Source: Hemiscyllium ocellatum (taxonomy: Eukaryota). Taken from it: DNA of 64,000 bases. The translations under genes and the position numbers were made by a program. This document shows positions 25,167-39,414 of this stretch, one piece after another. The stretch covers positions 33,514,072 through 33,578,071 of the forward strand of contig NC_083442.1 of the NCBI RefSeq assembly GCF_020745735.1, given 5' to 3'. A model generated the notes under the pieces. The model made no database searches and was not told where the DNA came from. It saw only the letters and a program-made list of their open reading frames with translations. Position 1 is the stretch's first letter, and each line of letters begins with the position of its first letter.

Positions 25167-28100
25167 GCTAATTCATACATCAATGCACAAAAATTAAAAA
25201 AATTAGTTAAGAAATTCACAAGTCAAAAATCTCACCAATCCAAGAAAATAATTTTCTAGCATATAGAATCAACTGCACAGTAAGAAGCTATTCATACCCA
25301 AGTGGGAAATGCCAGCATTTATGTTCCACACAAGCCTCTTCTCACCTGACTTCATTAAACTCCTCTCTGCACCTCTTTCTATTGCTTTTCCTTCAATTTC
25401 TTTCCCCTCAACTATATCAAAGCCAGTCACAAACAAACAGTCAACATGGGAGCAAGGTCCACAATGTGATTACACTCTTGAATAAAAGATATGTCACCCT
25501 AATTTTCAACATCCTTTCCAGATCCCTCCCACCCTTCCTGAAAGCACAGCATCCTGTTGAGATACAGTTTCAAGCATGCCAATCTAAATTAACAACATTA
25601 ATAAACCAAGATGATTTGTATCAAACGATTAGAAAACATTTACAGTAACTCAAAGCATCAGAAAACAGGCCATACATACAAGATAGTCACTAATAACTAA
25701 TAAATACAATGAGGAATCCAGTAAGAAACATCTGCACCAACACTGTTATGTTGAATTTACTACCTCGTAGATTAATTAAGCGGATTAGTTTACAAGTATT
25801 TAACAGGAAGCCAGATAAGCACATCAAGGAGAAAGGAATGCAAAGATATACAGATAGGGTGAGATGATGCAGGGTGAGACTAGGCTTATGTGGAACAAAC
25901 AACAGACACTTGCTGGGTCCAATACCCAAGGAACAATTGTTTCTGATCTGCTGTATCCTGAAATTAGAAAATTTCAATCTAATCCCAGATATAAACTATC
26001 CCTAAAAGATGCAATTATTTAACTGCCAAATACACTTGGACTTAATGCTCATATTTTACATCAATTACATGAACTAAAAATCTAATTCAAACATGTGACT
26101 AGCTCAATTACTAACAAACTGCAGTAACACTCCAAACAAAGGAAAAAAAGATTTTAAAATGCTGTAACATTAGCAATTTGAAGATTATGGTCCTGTTCAT
26201 TTGATGCAGTTTTCCCCTACATTTGCATTGCAAACACCTAAGAACCTGCTAAATCATGCTTAGTAATGCCAATGGTTTCCCCAAAACATTTGATATTTAA
26301 TGCAACAGGCTAGGGTTGGCACTGTTTCCACACTGTAGGGAATCTAATCTAAATCTAACATTTATCACGCAGGTGAAATCTATTCAAAAAAAGGAATACA
26401 CTAGCAAACTTTAGAAAAACACTTAGTTGGAATAAGCTAACTCAACAGCAGCACAAATAGTGGTTTGATGCATCACCCTGAGTCTACTACAATGATTACC
26501 TATCACTTGAATTGAAGTGACAGAAGATGAATGAAACAAAACAAACTGTCTGTACTATTCCCGAATACAAAAGACAATGCAGTTATCTTGAATAATCTTC
26601 AAGACAACCTTTAATACAGAGACATGTTTTTAAAATTGCCTTTGATATTATTTTGATATTAGAAATTACTTTGTATGATCATTTTAAAAATAACACGTTC
26701 AATTAATGATATACAAAATGGATTTCCTAGCAATTTTACATTTTTATTAACTCTGTAGAAAATGGCTATCATCTCAGTTGCAGTACAAGGTTTAATTATG
26801 TTGTTTCAGTATGCATGTCAGAACAGCTGTCTTCCAAATTCAAATACAGATCTTAATAGAATGCAAGGTACACTCAAGGCCACAATCTATATTTGGCTGA
26901 TTTCATGCACTGCTGCTTGCAAAGATTAGATTTCTAACCTGACAGATTATGCAGAAACAAACCTGACATGGTTGTAAACCATGTGGATTTTTCAACAATT
27001 ACAGTGTACAAATCTTCTTGGCTCTCCAAATCTTTTCAAAAGTAGAATGGGGAAGAACGCCCTCAATGTTCTCAGTACAGAGGGCTGAGCAGTCAAATGA
27101 TTGTCAATATTCAGATGAGCTGGAATTTATACTGCTCGAACAAAATGAATAGGTAATTCAAATCAATAGTTACATTACAATCACAATTCGTTTGGAAACG
27201 AAACCTCATTAATCTCCATTTCAATGAGCCTCCATTGGACAAATTAAAATGTACTACTCTCCTGTTACTTATCCCATGTAACCCGATAGTTGAACACTTT
27301 AAAGATTCTTGCAAAAATCATCCTGGTTTTCCCTTCAATAGTTATTTCATCCAATAAACTTCCTATGGGAAACATTTTCTGCAGTACTTCCTGATAGTGC
27401 TGCCATTACCCCAGCCAAAACAGACAGATTCTAGTGTTTTGTAGCTTACCTTGCACATTGGTACCAAAATGCTCCACGAAAAAGAAATTAGTAAATACAT
27501 TTTAATGTTGTGCCAATAAGCTCTTTGCATGATCCTCATTCATCATTTCTAACTATTTCCATTAAACACTATTTCACCTGAATGTACCTCTCAAAATGCA
27601 ATATCCATTCCCAATGGTCATGCAACAATTTCTGCTCATGAATGTATGCACGAATGTCACAGTAAGGGGAGAGGCTGTGGTGACAATAAATAAAACCGTG
27701 CACAATTTTTTTATTGCACAAATTGGAATTTTAACTGAATAAACCCACATTGACTTTTCCTACTCACTTCTTCCATCCAATATCCCTACTGCTTAAGCCA
27801 ACTTAGGAGGAAAGTCATAAAACTACAAAGTCAAAAGATATTAAATATTTAAACCTCATGGAGTCAAATGTTATTTACTAGTGCCAGTATTTATTCTGGA
27901 AAAAGTAGTACAGAAAGTGACAAAAAAAAACTTGCACATCATAGGCATTCTAACACTGTGCCACTCAATGATCTATTAATATTGCATTGCTCTAAGAAAA
28001 TTAAGCACTGCCCTATCACCTGTGAAATGCAACATTTATCAAAATCCTTCTCAATAGCTCCTTTACCTCTTTGGCAATAAATGCCAAATAAGTGGTGCCC

Positions 28101-31100
28101 ACATCCATTGAGTGAATAAACAAAAATCTTGCTAACTTATGGATGGTGCAGGGTACTCTCCACTCCTGACAATATTCATTCCTCTGATTATCCAAGGATC
28201 CTATATACTATGTTGTGGTGTCTTAATCAATTTACATACCAAAGACTTGATTTCCTAATTCCTCAGCTGCCAAAGACAATCAGGAGATCCTCAAAAACTG
28301 ACAGAATCCCAAAGTTCAGCTATTGAAACAGCAGAGGTGCTGCAATTTGTTTCAGCATCTCTGAATTAGTAATGGGGGATTGCAGGGTGGGGGGCAACAG
28401 CCTCATCTATAAGTACTGGTGCAGGCAAATTAAACCTGGCTGACATTCAACTGCTTCGAAAATCTAGTTGGTATTTAGGTTTTATGATGAACACAGTCAT
28501 TTGAATGGATTATAAACATCACTACCTACAGAAGTACAGTAACATAGAATAACAAACCTCCAGAGTCAGGAACCCCCAATTTTGGAGGCAGGAGGGGGGG
28601 AATAAAACTCAAAATCTATTCCCTAAATTTCAGGTTTAATCATTTCCCCTCAAATGTCTAGTAACCAAGCTATAATAGGAACTTATGACAACATTTCATT
28701 ATAGTACAACGACATGCAAATATCAGAATGTCTCGCAAAGTGGTGATGAGCAAAGTGACACAGCACCATGACATTCCAGTCCCAATGGTGATTGGGAATG
28801 ACAATCGAAGTTATTTACACAGTTGACACTTCTGCAGTGACAACTCAATGCAAAACACTACCCCGCAGTTGTATTAACATTAATGTGAAATTTTACTGTA
28901 ACATACACGTGGTTACTGTAAAAACCAAAGTGCAACTTTGTGATACGTAATAGGAAACCAAAGATTATATTCTTTGACTACAAAAACAGACTAACTTCCA
29001 CACATTTTCTCCTGAGAAAGAATTAACTGCAGAGATTGGAATTTTAAAAAAGTATCATTTGTTTCAAATCTTAAATGTTCTTAAAATAATTGCCTTCCAG
29101 AGAGATTGCGACAATATTTAGCTCAGGAATAGCAATCAATATAATTTAAACTGATGTTTGAGAGTAGATAGATATTATAACTTAATACAGAGCATTACAA
29201 AAAGGGTTTGTCCAATCAAACCAGGATTACATCTGGAGACGGCATTTTGCTATAGGATGAAGTATAAGTGGTTGTAGGTGTGTCACGAGAACAAATGCGA
29301 AATCAAAGCAATTTTCAATGATTTTTCCTGTTACTGTTAGTACAAATATGTAATAATATCCCAGTAGCAACTTGCATAAGGCAATATTAACCAAGGCATG
29401 AGCCACTCCCAAAAGTCAAACAAAAACAAAATATCACATTAAATACTCCCTTTTTCTGCTATCCACCTCAAAGCATACTATAAACGAAGGGCCAGATTTC
29501 AGCATTAAATTTGTTTCCATGTTTCAGACAATTACAAGTTTACTTAATCATATTCACCACTTCCAAAGCTCAGCATTTAAAATCTCAATGCCTGTTCCAA
29601 TACTATTGAATTACAATTAGATACTGTACATAAGAAAACCTATTGCTGTATAATTACACAGGCAAATGTTAAGTTTAGCTCTAATAAAAGCAAAGCTACT
29701 AAAATTGGAGACCTGTTTAAAGTCAACAAATTCAAACTCAGAAGTACAGGTCTATGGACGAAGACTTTAAAAAACCTAAATACATTTTACAATCAACTTT
29801 TTTTTCTTTAAAATTTTTAAATCAAAATTTATTTTCAAGTCAGCAAAAAGATGCACACTCTTCAAAATATAGCAAGCATTCAAAAGAGTGCTGCTCAAGT
29901 TGCACCATTACGTGACAATGTATATTTGCAAATCAACCACCTTGACCTCACCACATCTCTTTCCCGGTAAATGGTGAATTATCTTTACTCAGAAACACGC
30001 CTGAAGTTTCAGGAAATGAGCACAGGCTTTGTTTAATTAGGAATTTGGAAAGCAACCACACAGGTTTATTTGCAGGTTTCAAAAAAGTACAATAAAATAC
30101 AGGCAAAACTTTCAATTTTATAGCATCCTTCCATCTATGAGAAGTGACGATCTTCATCTACTCTATCTTAGCCTATGGCTGTGAAGATCAATCCTTCAGA
30201 AGCAAGTTCTGCTTGTGAATTTGCTATCTGACATTTGGAACTGTCATTTTGAGTGTTGACACCTGCCATCACTGTTGATCATTGTGATAGTGTAGGCAGT
30301 CCACAGGAGATGCCATTGTCTTGATTTATTTTTAAAATTCCTCTCCAAAAGTAGAAAATGAAGGTCTACAAGAATTCAAGACACTTCAAACAGGGTACTT
30401 AAATATCTAGAACTTATTTTCTTCTGGTTAGAAGTCACCTGTTTTGCATACAGGGTGTACACACATCAAAACATGAACTGATCAACTCATGACCTCTGAC
30501 AGCAGCAAACTTGGTCACTGTGATAAAGAGGAATACTGTATTTTGCACACATCCTGTTCTCAATATATACTTTATACAACCAGTTTTTCAGAGCTCACTC
30601 CTAACTCAGCAATACTCTTCTACTCGAGTCAGAACCATGAATCCAAACCTCATTCCCGAGATTTGGAAACGATCTAGGCTGACATTTTACAACAGTATGA
30701 GCAGTGATGTGGTGTGGACAGGCCCATTTTTAGATTATAGCATACAAATTGCTTACTAGAAACAACCAAAGTCTGTCTAGTTCACTTTCCACAAACCTGA
30801 TGATTGCACAATGAGAATGGAGTTGCCCAGATGTAAATCTTCTAATAAATCAACAACAGCACTTTGCAGTGGTGTACAAACCCTCATCACTCAGTAAATT
30901 CAGAAATATCAAAATTGGTTTTGTCCCTACTTCAGGAATATTTTCAAAAAAATTCAAAATGCTTCATAAAAGCTGTACTGAGATGATACTGGAAACATCC
31001 CATTTGCTAAGAAATTGCATCTTGACCAAATCAAGTTAATGGGATACACAAGTTATGCCAAAATTACCTCAACTTCTTTTCTAAGATTTATTCAGAACAA

Positions 31101-34049
31101 GGTCAAATATTAACATTACTCTTTAAACTGTAAATAAACCTGATCTGTTCATCCAATAGTCGCTAACAATATTTTCTAGATCATTTAACTTGTTCTGATT
31201 GTGATAACAATTCTGATTGCTTAAGATACCATTGGCCCAAATCCAAAAACAAGGTGCTCACTGAATCTGTACATGAACCACCTCAATAACGACAAAGTGA
31301 GTTTTATTTTCGGAATTCAGGGTGTAAATTTTGTGATTTACGATGTATGGAGCCAGGATGCAGCCATCTCACTGGATGCAGAATAGAATCAAGGAGCTAA
31401 ATAGTCTCCTCTTGCTCCTAATACAAAATAAAAGTCATGGCATTCTAAGTGATTGCCATATTCTATGAAAAGGTCAAATGTAGCTTTGGGCAAAATTAAA
31501 CTGGTGAACATTTCATTGAGGCTGCTCTAGAAAATTACTCAACAGCATGACAAAGCTATTGAAAGTCAGAGTTCAGAATTACCACATTAGACCAGTAACC
31601 ACTTTGTCTGTAACAATATCTCTCTTTTAACCCCAAAGCAGTAAGTTTATTTTACAAGTAAGACTAACTTGTGTTTCATACACTTAAAAATTACTGTAGG
31701 AACAGTTCTAAATGAAATCAAAAATCTATTTCACTCAAGCAGTTTGGTTATCAAACAAAAATGTCAGTGTAATTTGATGCTCAGCTCCTGTTGCAAAATA
31801 CAATCTGTGATACAAAGAATCCAGTGTCACTAGAGACATTTTCAGAACTTTGAGTTCCCATTACACTTCCACCGCACCCCCCCCCCCCCCCCCAAACATA
31901 CACCCACCACAAGCATTTGGTGCCCTCTTTAATTGCAGATTTCCTGACTCAAGCAGATCTCCAGACAGTCAACACTAGCTAATGGAGATAAAAATGAGCA
32001 GCACAGAAAGATTAAAAGTCACCATAAATAACACTTCACCATACTCCATATGAGATGATTAAAAGAGCAACATACATGTAGTTTAGCTCGTCATCTGAAC
32101 CTCTCAATTTGCTTTAGTGACATTATAATGGTTATATTCACTGCTTTCCAAAGTATAGAGACACAAGCTCGCTCTCAATCTGAAGCTCAAATTGTAAAAG
32201 ACTAACTTGCTTATTGTTTTAATCACACTGTACATCTGTGAATTCTGAGTCCCAGCCCAGCCCCTCATCAATGTCTCATGAGTGATTGTGAATAAGCACG
32301 TTAAAAGAGGAATTCTATGCTGAGCCTCTTCAACCAATTGGCAATAGTTAGGAACATGATTTACAGAAACAAAAAAAAACACTACAGCACAAATAAGCCA
32401 GGCTAGTGTATCATATGTGGACAGTCAGTTAGCTCACTTCAAAACTGGGTATTTACAAGTAGTATTAAATTTGAGAGATAATGGTTAAATCTACTTCCCA
32501 GTTTCCATATATCAATTAGTTTAGAAAAATTGTGGTCTGAGTTTTTTTTAATGGAAATAAAATTTGCACTTGGAGACAGTGCAAATCATTACTTTTAGTT
32601 AAGGATATCCTTAACTAAATACATACTTTGGATCACATACATCAAATATTAAACCTTGAATTACTAAAACTTCTATCACTACATGTGACGCACTCTCAGA
32701 CATCAAGACAAAATGTAAATCAGACTGCAACATAATGAAAATTGGTCGACATCTAAAGATCTGAAATTCACGTACAGTGATATGAAGCTCCTTGTCCTAA
32801 CTTGGAAGCATTATTCTATTGAGCTCCAAGAGTCCTAGTTTTCTCCACACTTGTTCCTGCCATGTAATACAAGTGGCAGCACACAGCAAAATTATTTTAC
32901 TTTATTACAACACAAATACCGCCATTCCAATCAGCTTGTGGAGAGAGACCCAAGTAAGCAACAAGTAAAACCTATTCAAACTGTAGGCTTTTGAATACAA
33001 AACTGAATGTCCACTATTTTCCACCCGTTTAACTCTACTGAACAGTCCGTGCTTTAGTTTCTATAGCATTAAAAATTGAGCAAATAATAAATGTGTGTTG
33101 TATTTAAGCAGAGAGAGATGTTTTCATTTCTCCCAAGAGTAATAAGAATTAGGAGATGAAAAATGTTGGACAAGAGTACACAAACAGTGGGAACAAACTC
33201 TGGTTTTGGTTATATAATGGAACTACTTAGGAAATACCTGTAAGACAGTTATGCAAAATAGAAATTAGAGCATAAAGACTCAATGATAAAGCCTTCAGAT
33301 TGCAAGAGTCTCTCGTCCACAGCCTCTCTATGTCGTGAATCCCTGGCAATGTTGTTGTAGATGAGAGAGAGAGAGAGAGATGTAACTGATAATCAGGCAT
33401 GAGTAGTTAACTGAATAACACGTTCTCAGAAAAACAAATTGGGTGAGACTAAAAATATTCATACAAAGTTATTGCAATACAGAATGCAGGACAAGTGACT
33501 ACTTGAAACAAAATCAGTGGTTTCCTTGAGGCTATAAGCTTATCAATTAGCCCATCATTCCTGTCGGATCTCTGAAGACAAATCACCTTTGCCCTTAGAT
33601 CTTAGAAATGTCTTATCGAATCCCTTTTTAAATTTACAGCAGATTCTGTAAGGAGCACATTCAAAATACAGGTAAACAATAGGAAGAAAAACAAACTCTA
33701 ATGGGACGACCGGAAATTTCGGAGTTTGTTCTTAAACCAAAAGTTTCGCCGGAACAAAACAAAGTGACCAACGTTCTGTGAAGAACAGCTCACGCATCTT
33801 CCTACTGATTAAAATGTGAATCATCACAATATCGTCATCACAAATGACAAAGGGTTATTTCTTTAAAAGTCATTTAAACGTCCTGAGTTTTGAAATAAAG
33901 TTGCCAGGGGTGCCTTTTTTTAAAAAAAACAGGACGGGAAGGAAAAGTTACTGTGAATTAACTCATTCGCTCGTTACTTATAAACAAAAGGAGGCTCTCT
34001 TGTGAATGTGGTGGGGAGGGTGTAGGTTACAGGGGGGGCAGTTTGCTCA

Positions 34050-35000
34050 CCTGTCCCAGGTTGATGAAGCCGTGCTCCCTGGCCACCCTGGAGGCCTCCT
34101 GCTGCCCGCCGGGGATCTGCACCGCCCAGCTGTTGGTGTAAACTTTCGGCGGGGTCGGGGAAGCCGAGCACAGCGCGATGAGGGTCCAGGACGACAGGAC
34201 GGCCTTCAGCCCCCACTCCATCCCCGAGGCCCGGGTTCACAGTCCAGGGGTCAGGCGGAGGAGGAGGTGGGGGGGGGGGGGGTGGTCGTCGCTCTCACAC
34301 TCCGGCCAGTGCCTTCTCCTCGGGGGTGGGGGGGTCCTCCCAGGAGCTCGGTCTCCTCCGGGGGTGGTTTGCAGACACACACCCCTTCCCTCACTCAGTC
34401 CCGGGGGGGAGGGGGGGGGGGGGTGAGGGGAGACCGGCCCCCGGTGACGGGATGGAGAGGGGGGGGGTTAAGTCGAATGGCCGTCTCCTTCGCCCGGTCC
34501 TCCTCCCGCTCCTGACGGACCGGTCACTCGGTGGAGAGGGACGTCTTGAGAGAAAATATTTTCTTTTAAATGAGCCAGCGGTGGGTCAGTGTCGGACAGC
34601 GGGCCCTCAGCGGCGGTGCCGGGTGTCCATGATGAGGCGACAGGGTGCTCTCTGTGTGTGTGTGTGAGAGACGGCACCGGGGAGCGGGCACACGGACAGC
34701 CTCTGGTCCCGCCCTCAGCTCCGAGCGAACAAACCCCCCCCCCTCCGTCCCGTCCCCCTCGCGCGCGTGCGCGTACACGTTCGGGCGGGAGGAGGGGAAA
34801 GGGCGTGCAGGCACGCGCTCGGCCAACCAATCCCCGCGCGCGATGGGAATGCGGGCCGGCGTGGGATAGGCGCCGCCTCTTTCCCCGCCCACCCGCCCGG
34901 CGGACCCGCCCTCCCACCTCGTGCGCATGCGTACCGGCCGATCACATGGTTCCTCCCAAGACGTCAGCCACCCGTTCCCATCGCCATGACGTCAACAACC
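34050..35000 (-). promoter_or_regulatory. CpG island/promoter of the furin-like gene
   Basis: High CpG density; GC box 34783-34789, CCAAT 34827-34831, NRF1-like TGCGCATGCG 34922-34931, and full CRE TGACGTCA 34987-34994. Confidence 0.75.
34051..34221 (-). CDS. FURIN: First coding exon of a furin-like proprotein convertase (signal peptide and start of the S8 prodomain)
   Basis: MEWGLKAVLSSWTLIALCSASPTPPKVYTNSWAVQIPGGQQEASRVAREHGFINLGQ resembles furin KVFTNTWAVRIPGG...VARKHGFLNLGQ. A phase-0 donor CAG|GTGAGC follows the final Q. Another PCSK paralog cannot be excluded. Confidence 0.82.
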
Positions 35001-35096
35001 TGGTCAACACTGTTCCTGGTTTCTTGACCTTCCTTCCCACATACACGTGTCAGGGCACCAACTGTGAGGACAATAGCACCAATTACAACGCTAACT

Positions 35097-35190
35097 GGCT
35101 CTAAGATCATGCCTGACCCAAGGGCTAAGGACATTAGCATTGCTTGGCATGATAACAGGCTCTAAGATCATGCCTGACCCAAGGGCTAAG
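35097..35190 (+). repeat. Local direct duplication of 33 bp (offset 61)
   Basis: GGCTCTAAGATCATGCCTGACCCAAGGGCTAAG at 35097-35129 and 35158-35190. Confidence 0.9.
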
Positions 35191-35259
35191 TAATAAGTGG
35201 ATAGGATTCAGGTTGCAGCCATTTGCACTTTGCAGCCTGCTCCAACTTTCCATCTGCAT

Positions 35260-35382
35260 TTCACCTGGCAATGGAGCAGCGCTCTGAGAGCTTGTGATTT
35301 CAAATACACCTGTTGGACTATAATCTGGTGATGTGTGACTCCTGACTTTGTCCACCCCAGTCCAACACGAACACCACATCAT
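35260..35382 (+). mobile_element. Short repeat end with a degenerate hammerhead (third PLE-like family)
   Basis: CAC CTGGCAA TGGAGC AGC GCTCT GAGAGCTT GTG; a related copy lies on the - strand at ~51640-51730. Confidence 0.45.
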
Positions 35383-35460
35383 GGACTAATTATTTCAACC
35401 CTTCTGCCATGTATCAGTCAGAAATAAAGTTTCATAAATCTGTGACTGTTATTTGATGTC

Positions 35461-35652
35461 ATAGAATCGTAGGGTCCTGACAGTGTGGAAGCAGGCCATT
35501 CAGTCCATCAAGACCACACCAACCCATGAACAATCATCTCACCCAGACCCACCACATCCCCACAACCTTGCATTCTCCATTGCTAATCCACTGAGCTTGC
35601 ATATCCCTGAACACTATCGACTATCTAGAATGGCCAAACCACCTAACCTGCA
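35461..35652 (-). mobile_element. SINE 3' fragment
   Basis: Matches the 3' half of the other SINE copies. Confidence 0.65.
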
Positions 35653-37164
35653 TAACAATTCTACCTCATTGAAAATTCAACTGCCCTGTATCCTGACTTG
35701 CACCAATTCATCTATACCCCAATGCCTCCTAACTGACATTGTTTCCTAGACTAGAAATACCTAAATTTTAAATGTTCATCCCTATGTTCAAATCACCTCC
35801 ATTGACCTATGACTTCCTTCAGTCCACCACATTCTAAGATCTCTGTGCTCCACCAATTCTGGTCTTGAGAACAGCTCCAATTTTAATTGCTGACTGTGTC
35901 TTCAAATGACTAGGCTCCAAACACTGAACTTTCCTCCCTAAACCTTTCCAGTTCTCAAGTTCTCTTTCCTCTTTTAACACACTCATTAAAACATACCTTT
36001 TGGGTCCATGGAGTTGGTTATTTTTCTACTACCTCCTTGTGATTGTGTTTAATTCGATAAAGCACAAACGAAGCATCTTGAGTTGAATGTTTTATGAGAT
36101 ACAGTATAAATGCAAGTTGTTATATCCCAAAGCTTGCCTGCATAACAATGGTCCCGGGAAGTGAACACATTGAAGTGTGTAGATGGGATTCCATTGGTCT
36201 AACAACTTGATTATTAGAATTACTGTATTTAACAGCATAGGAGAAAATGACAGGAATGAGATTTATCACAAAATCAATTAAATTATTGACTTTTCCATTG
36301 AAATAAATCATATTTGAAACCAACGCAATTGAATAAAAAAGACTGCCAGAATTGAATCATTTTGTCATTATCTTTCAGAGACATATAGAGGTGTAAGAAT
36401 CCATAGTACAGCTCCTGAGCATGACCCTACAGAAAGACAAGGCAGCAGATGATTGAATGGCTAAGATCTGCTTGCCTGGCTTTCTTGGCATTGTTCATGT
36501 CTGGGTTTCACAGTGTTCAGCAGTTACATCCTGTGGCACCCCTGAATATGTCACCTGAATTTGAGCTTCTTTTTTAAAGTCTTTTTATTTCAGTTACATT
36601 AATAAATTATTGCTGCTTTTTCTGTTAGTTCCTCTTTGCTGTCAATATACCAACTAGCTAAAAAAGGTCCATAAATCCATAACACTCAACACTAGCTTCA
36701 AGAAAACAACATGTTATAATGCTTCAAAATGCTTCACTGGAGAGCGAACAGAACAAGTGATGCCTCGTTAAGAAAGGAAGCGGGTGTAAATGATGACTAA
36801 ACCTTAGTCAAAGAGATTGGTTTTAGGGAAGGCACTCCTGCTGTCACTGTACCAGGTCATTCCCCCAACATACACAGATTCCTCAGGGGGAAACAGATTT
36901 TCAAACCAAAGACCCAGCACTAAAGAATATGAGAAATAGGAACAGGAGTAGACCACTTGGCCTTTCAAGGCTACTCCAGCATTCAACACAATCATGGCTG
37001 ATCTTGGACTCCAATTTCCACTGATTTCCTGAGAGGCCAAACATCTATCTTTCCTAGCCTTGAATATATTCAATGATGAAGCATCCACAATTCTCTGGGT
37101 AGAGAATTCCAAAAACTCATGACCACTTGAGTTAAAAAGTTTTTTTCCCTAAGCCGCAAAGGTT

Positions 37165-38265
37165 TAAGTGTGTACGAGACCCATATCCCAGTGAGAGTAG
37201 GTGTGTGTCAGACTGTACACCAGTGAGAGTCAATGTGTAAGGGCACCCTATACCCCACTCAGAGTCAGTGTGTGTGGGATCCATACCCCAGCGAGAGTCA
37301 GTGTGTGGGGGACTATACCCTGCTGAGAGTCAATGTGTATGGGAGCTATATTTCAGTAACAGAAAATTTTGTGCGGGATCTGCATCTGTGTGCCAAGTTC
37401 CCATTTTCCAGTGTGTGTTACCATATCCAACTGAAAATGATGTTTGGGACATGTTACCTTTGAGAGTCAGTGTGGATGGGACCTGTATAACAAAGAGAAT
37501 CACTGCATGTGGGTAACATTATCCAGTCAGAGTCCATGACAAGAATTCCATACCCCAATGAGAGTCACCATATGAGACCATACAGCTGTGTGAGCTGATA
37601 TGCTCGAGACATGCACAACAGTGAGATGCAATGTGAGAATTTGTATCCCAGTGATAGTCAGTATGTCGGACTCATACCTGAATGTGAGTTAATGTGTTTG
37701 TGTGTGGGATCTGTACCCCAGACAGAGTCAGCATGTGTGAGATCCATACATCAGTGACCGCCAGTGTATGTAGGGGACCCCTTACCACACTGAGAGTCAG
37801 TGTGTGCAGGACTCTTACCCCAGTGACAGTCTGTGTGTGTGGAACCCCATATCTCAGTAAAAGTCAGTGTGTGTACGACCCTGTACTTCACTGATAGTCA
37901 TTGTGTGTGGGATCTTGTATCCCAGTGAGAGTCATTGTGTGTGTGGGACCGCATAGCCCAGTGAGAGAGAGAAAGTGTGTGTGTGTGTGCGCGCACTTCC
38001 CTGAACCCTGGTGAGAGTCAAGTGCGTGTGTGGGACTGCATAGCCCATTGAGAGTCAGGTGTGTGGGATCCTGTACCCCAGTGAGAGTCAGTGTGTGTGT
38101 TGTGCGTGTGTGTGTGTGTGTGTGCACGTGTGTTTTCCCATACCCCAATCAGAGTCATTGTGTGGGGACCTGTACCCCAGTGACAGAGAGAGTGCGCGTA
38201 TGTGTGTGTGGGACTCCGTACCTCAGTAAGAATCAAACAGTGTGGGATCTTGAACCCCAGTGAGA
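37165..38265 (+). repeat. Degenerate minisatellite (~32-40 bp unit CCCAGTGAGAGTCAGTGTGTGTGGGACCCTGTAC) with internal (GT)n
   Basis: The 'cccagtgagagtca...gtgtggga' core recurs many times. Confidence 0.85.
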
Positions 38266-38624
38266 TTATGATCAGTGGAGTTTCTGCAACCCCTTTTCAA
38301 GGAATAAAGAAAAGACTGGGGAAAGTCCGTTTATAATAATCAGAAAAACCAACAGAGGAAATTCTTGCAGCAGAAGAAACCAAAATAGCAGGAAATTGGC
38401 TGACACATGTTTTAATTCTTCCAAGAACTCAGTTTGACCACAGCATATTTTCCAGAAGGTGATAACGTATCTCCTCATTTGGTGCTGTCAGATATCAGCT
38501 TGTCCTGTCTTAAAGTCAAGGCTGCCAACTCACACAGATACAAAGCTAGGAAGCAAGAAACTATGTACAGTCATTAGAAATGGAAGGGTTTACCACCCAT
38601 TGAGGCAGTTCCACCATTTAACAA

Positions 38625-38878
38625 GGCCACCGACCCGCCGAAGCGAAACCCACCCATACCCTTACATTTATCCCGTCACCTAACACTATGGGCAATTTAG
38701 CATGGCCAATTCACCTGACCATCTTTGTGACTGTGGGAGGAAACCGGAGCACCCGGTGGAAACCCACGCAGACACGGGGAGAACGCGCAAACTCCACACA
38801 GTCAGTTGCCTGAAGTAGCAATTGAACCCGGGTCTCTGGCACTGTGAGGCAGCAGTGCCAACCACTGTGCCACCGTGT
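38625..38878 (-). mobile_element. tRNA-derived SINE
   Basis: A box TGGCACAGTGG and B box GGTTCAATTGC on the - strand. Confidence 0.85.
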
Positions 38879-39414
38879 TGTACCATTAATATTAACAAAC
38901 TTGAGAGCTTGATAAAGTAATCTACTAGCACCCACTACTGAGAATACTTCGAGTGTTTAGAATCCCTACAATGTGGATACAGGCCCTTCAGCCCAATAGT
39001 AATTTTGTATTACCTACAGTATCCCCTAAAGCTTCCTAATCCGTTGCTTTCTTGTATTGCAGATTAGATAGATGCCAAAAGTCACAGTGTCAGACTACCA
39101 TTATTGTTATAAAACCCAAAACGTAGTCACTTTGGTTTAGTCAAGACTTCAGGCCACCCCAAAATGCTTCCAAACCCACTTTGAAGTGTTGTCATTCTTC
39201 AATATAAGAACCACAGCAACCAATTCCTACAAACTGTAACAGTAATGACCAAATAACCTTTCTTTCATTGGGATCAATATTGGCAGGGACACCAGAGAAA
39301 GCCCTCCTGCTGCTCTTTGAGGTGCCAAGGTGCCTTGGCTCCTCTTAGAGGCAGAGTGGGCCACAATTTTAAAATTCCTCTGAATTGTTGGTGCCTCCCA
39401 CAGTGCAACATAGC

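Noticed and set aside
27440-27500. Strong - strand donor-like site (CAAG|GTAAG) as a possible furin exon
   Set aside because: The adjacent sequence gives no furin-like peptide.
34222-34700. Possible non-coding furin exon 1 and intron
   Set aside because: No convincing acceptor/donor pair could be fixed without transcript data.
34006-35104. Many overlapping ORFs in the CpG island
   Set aside because: GC-rich sequence lacks stops; only the furin-like exon has family similarity and a splice donor.
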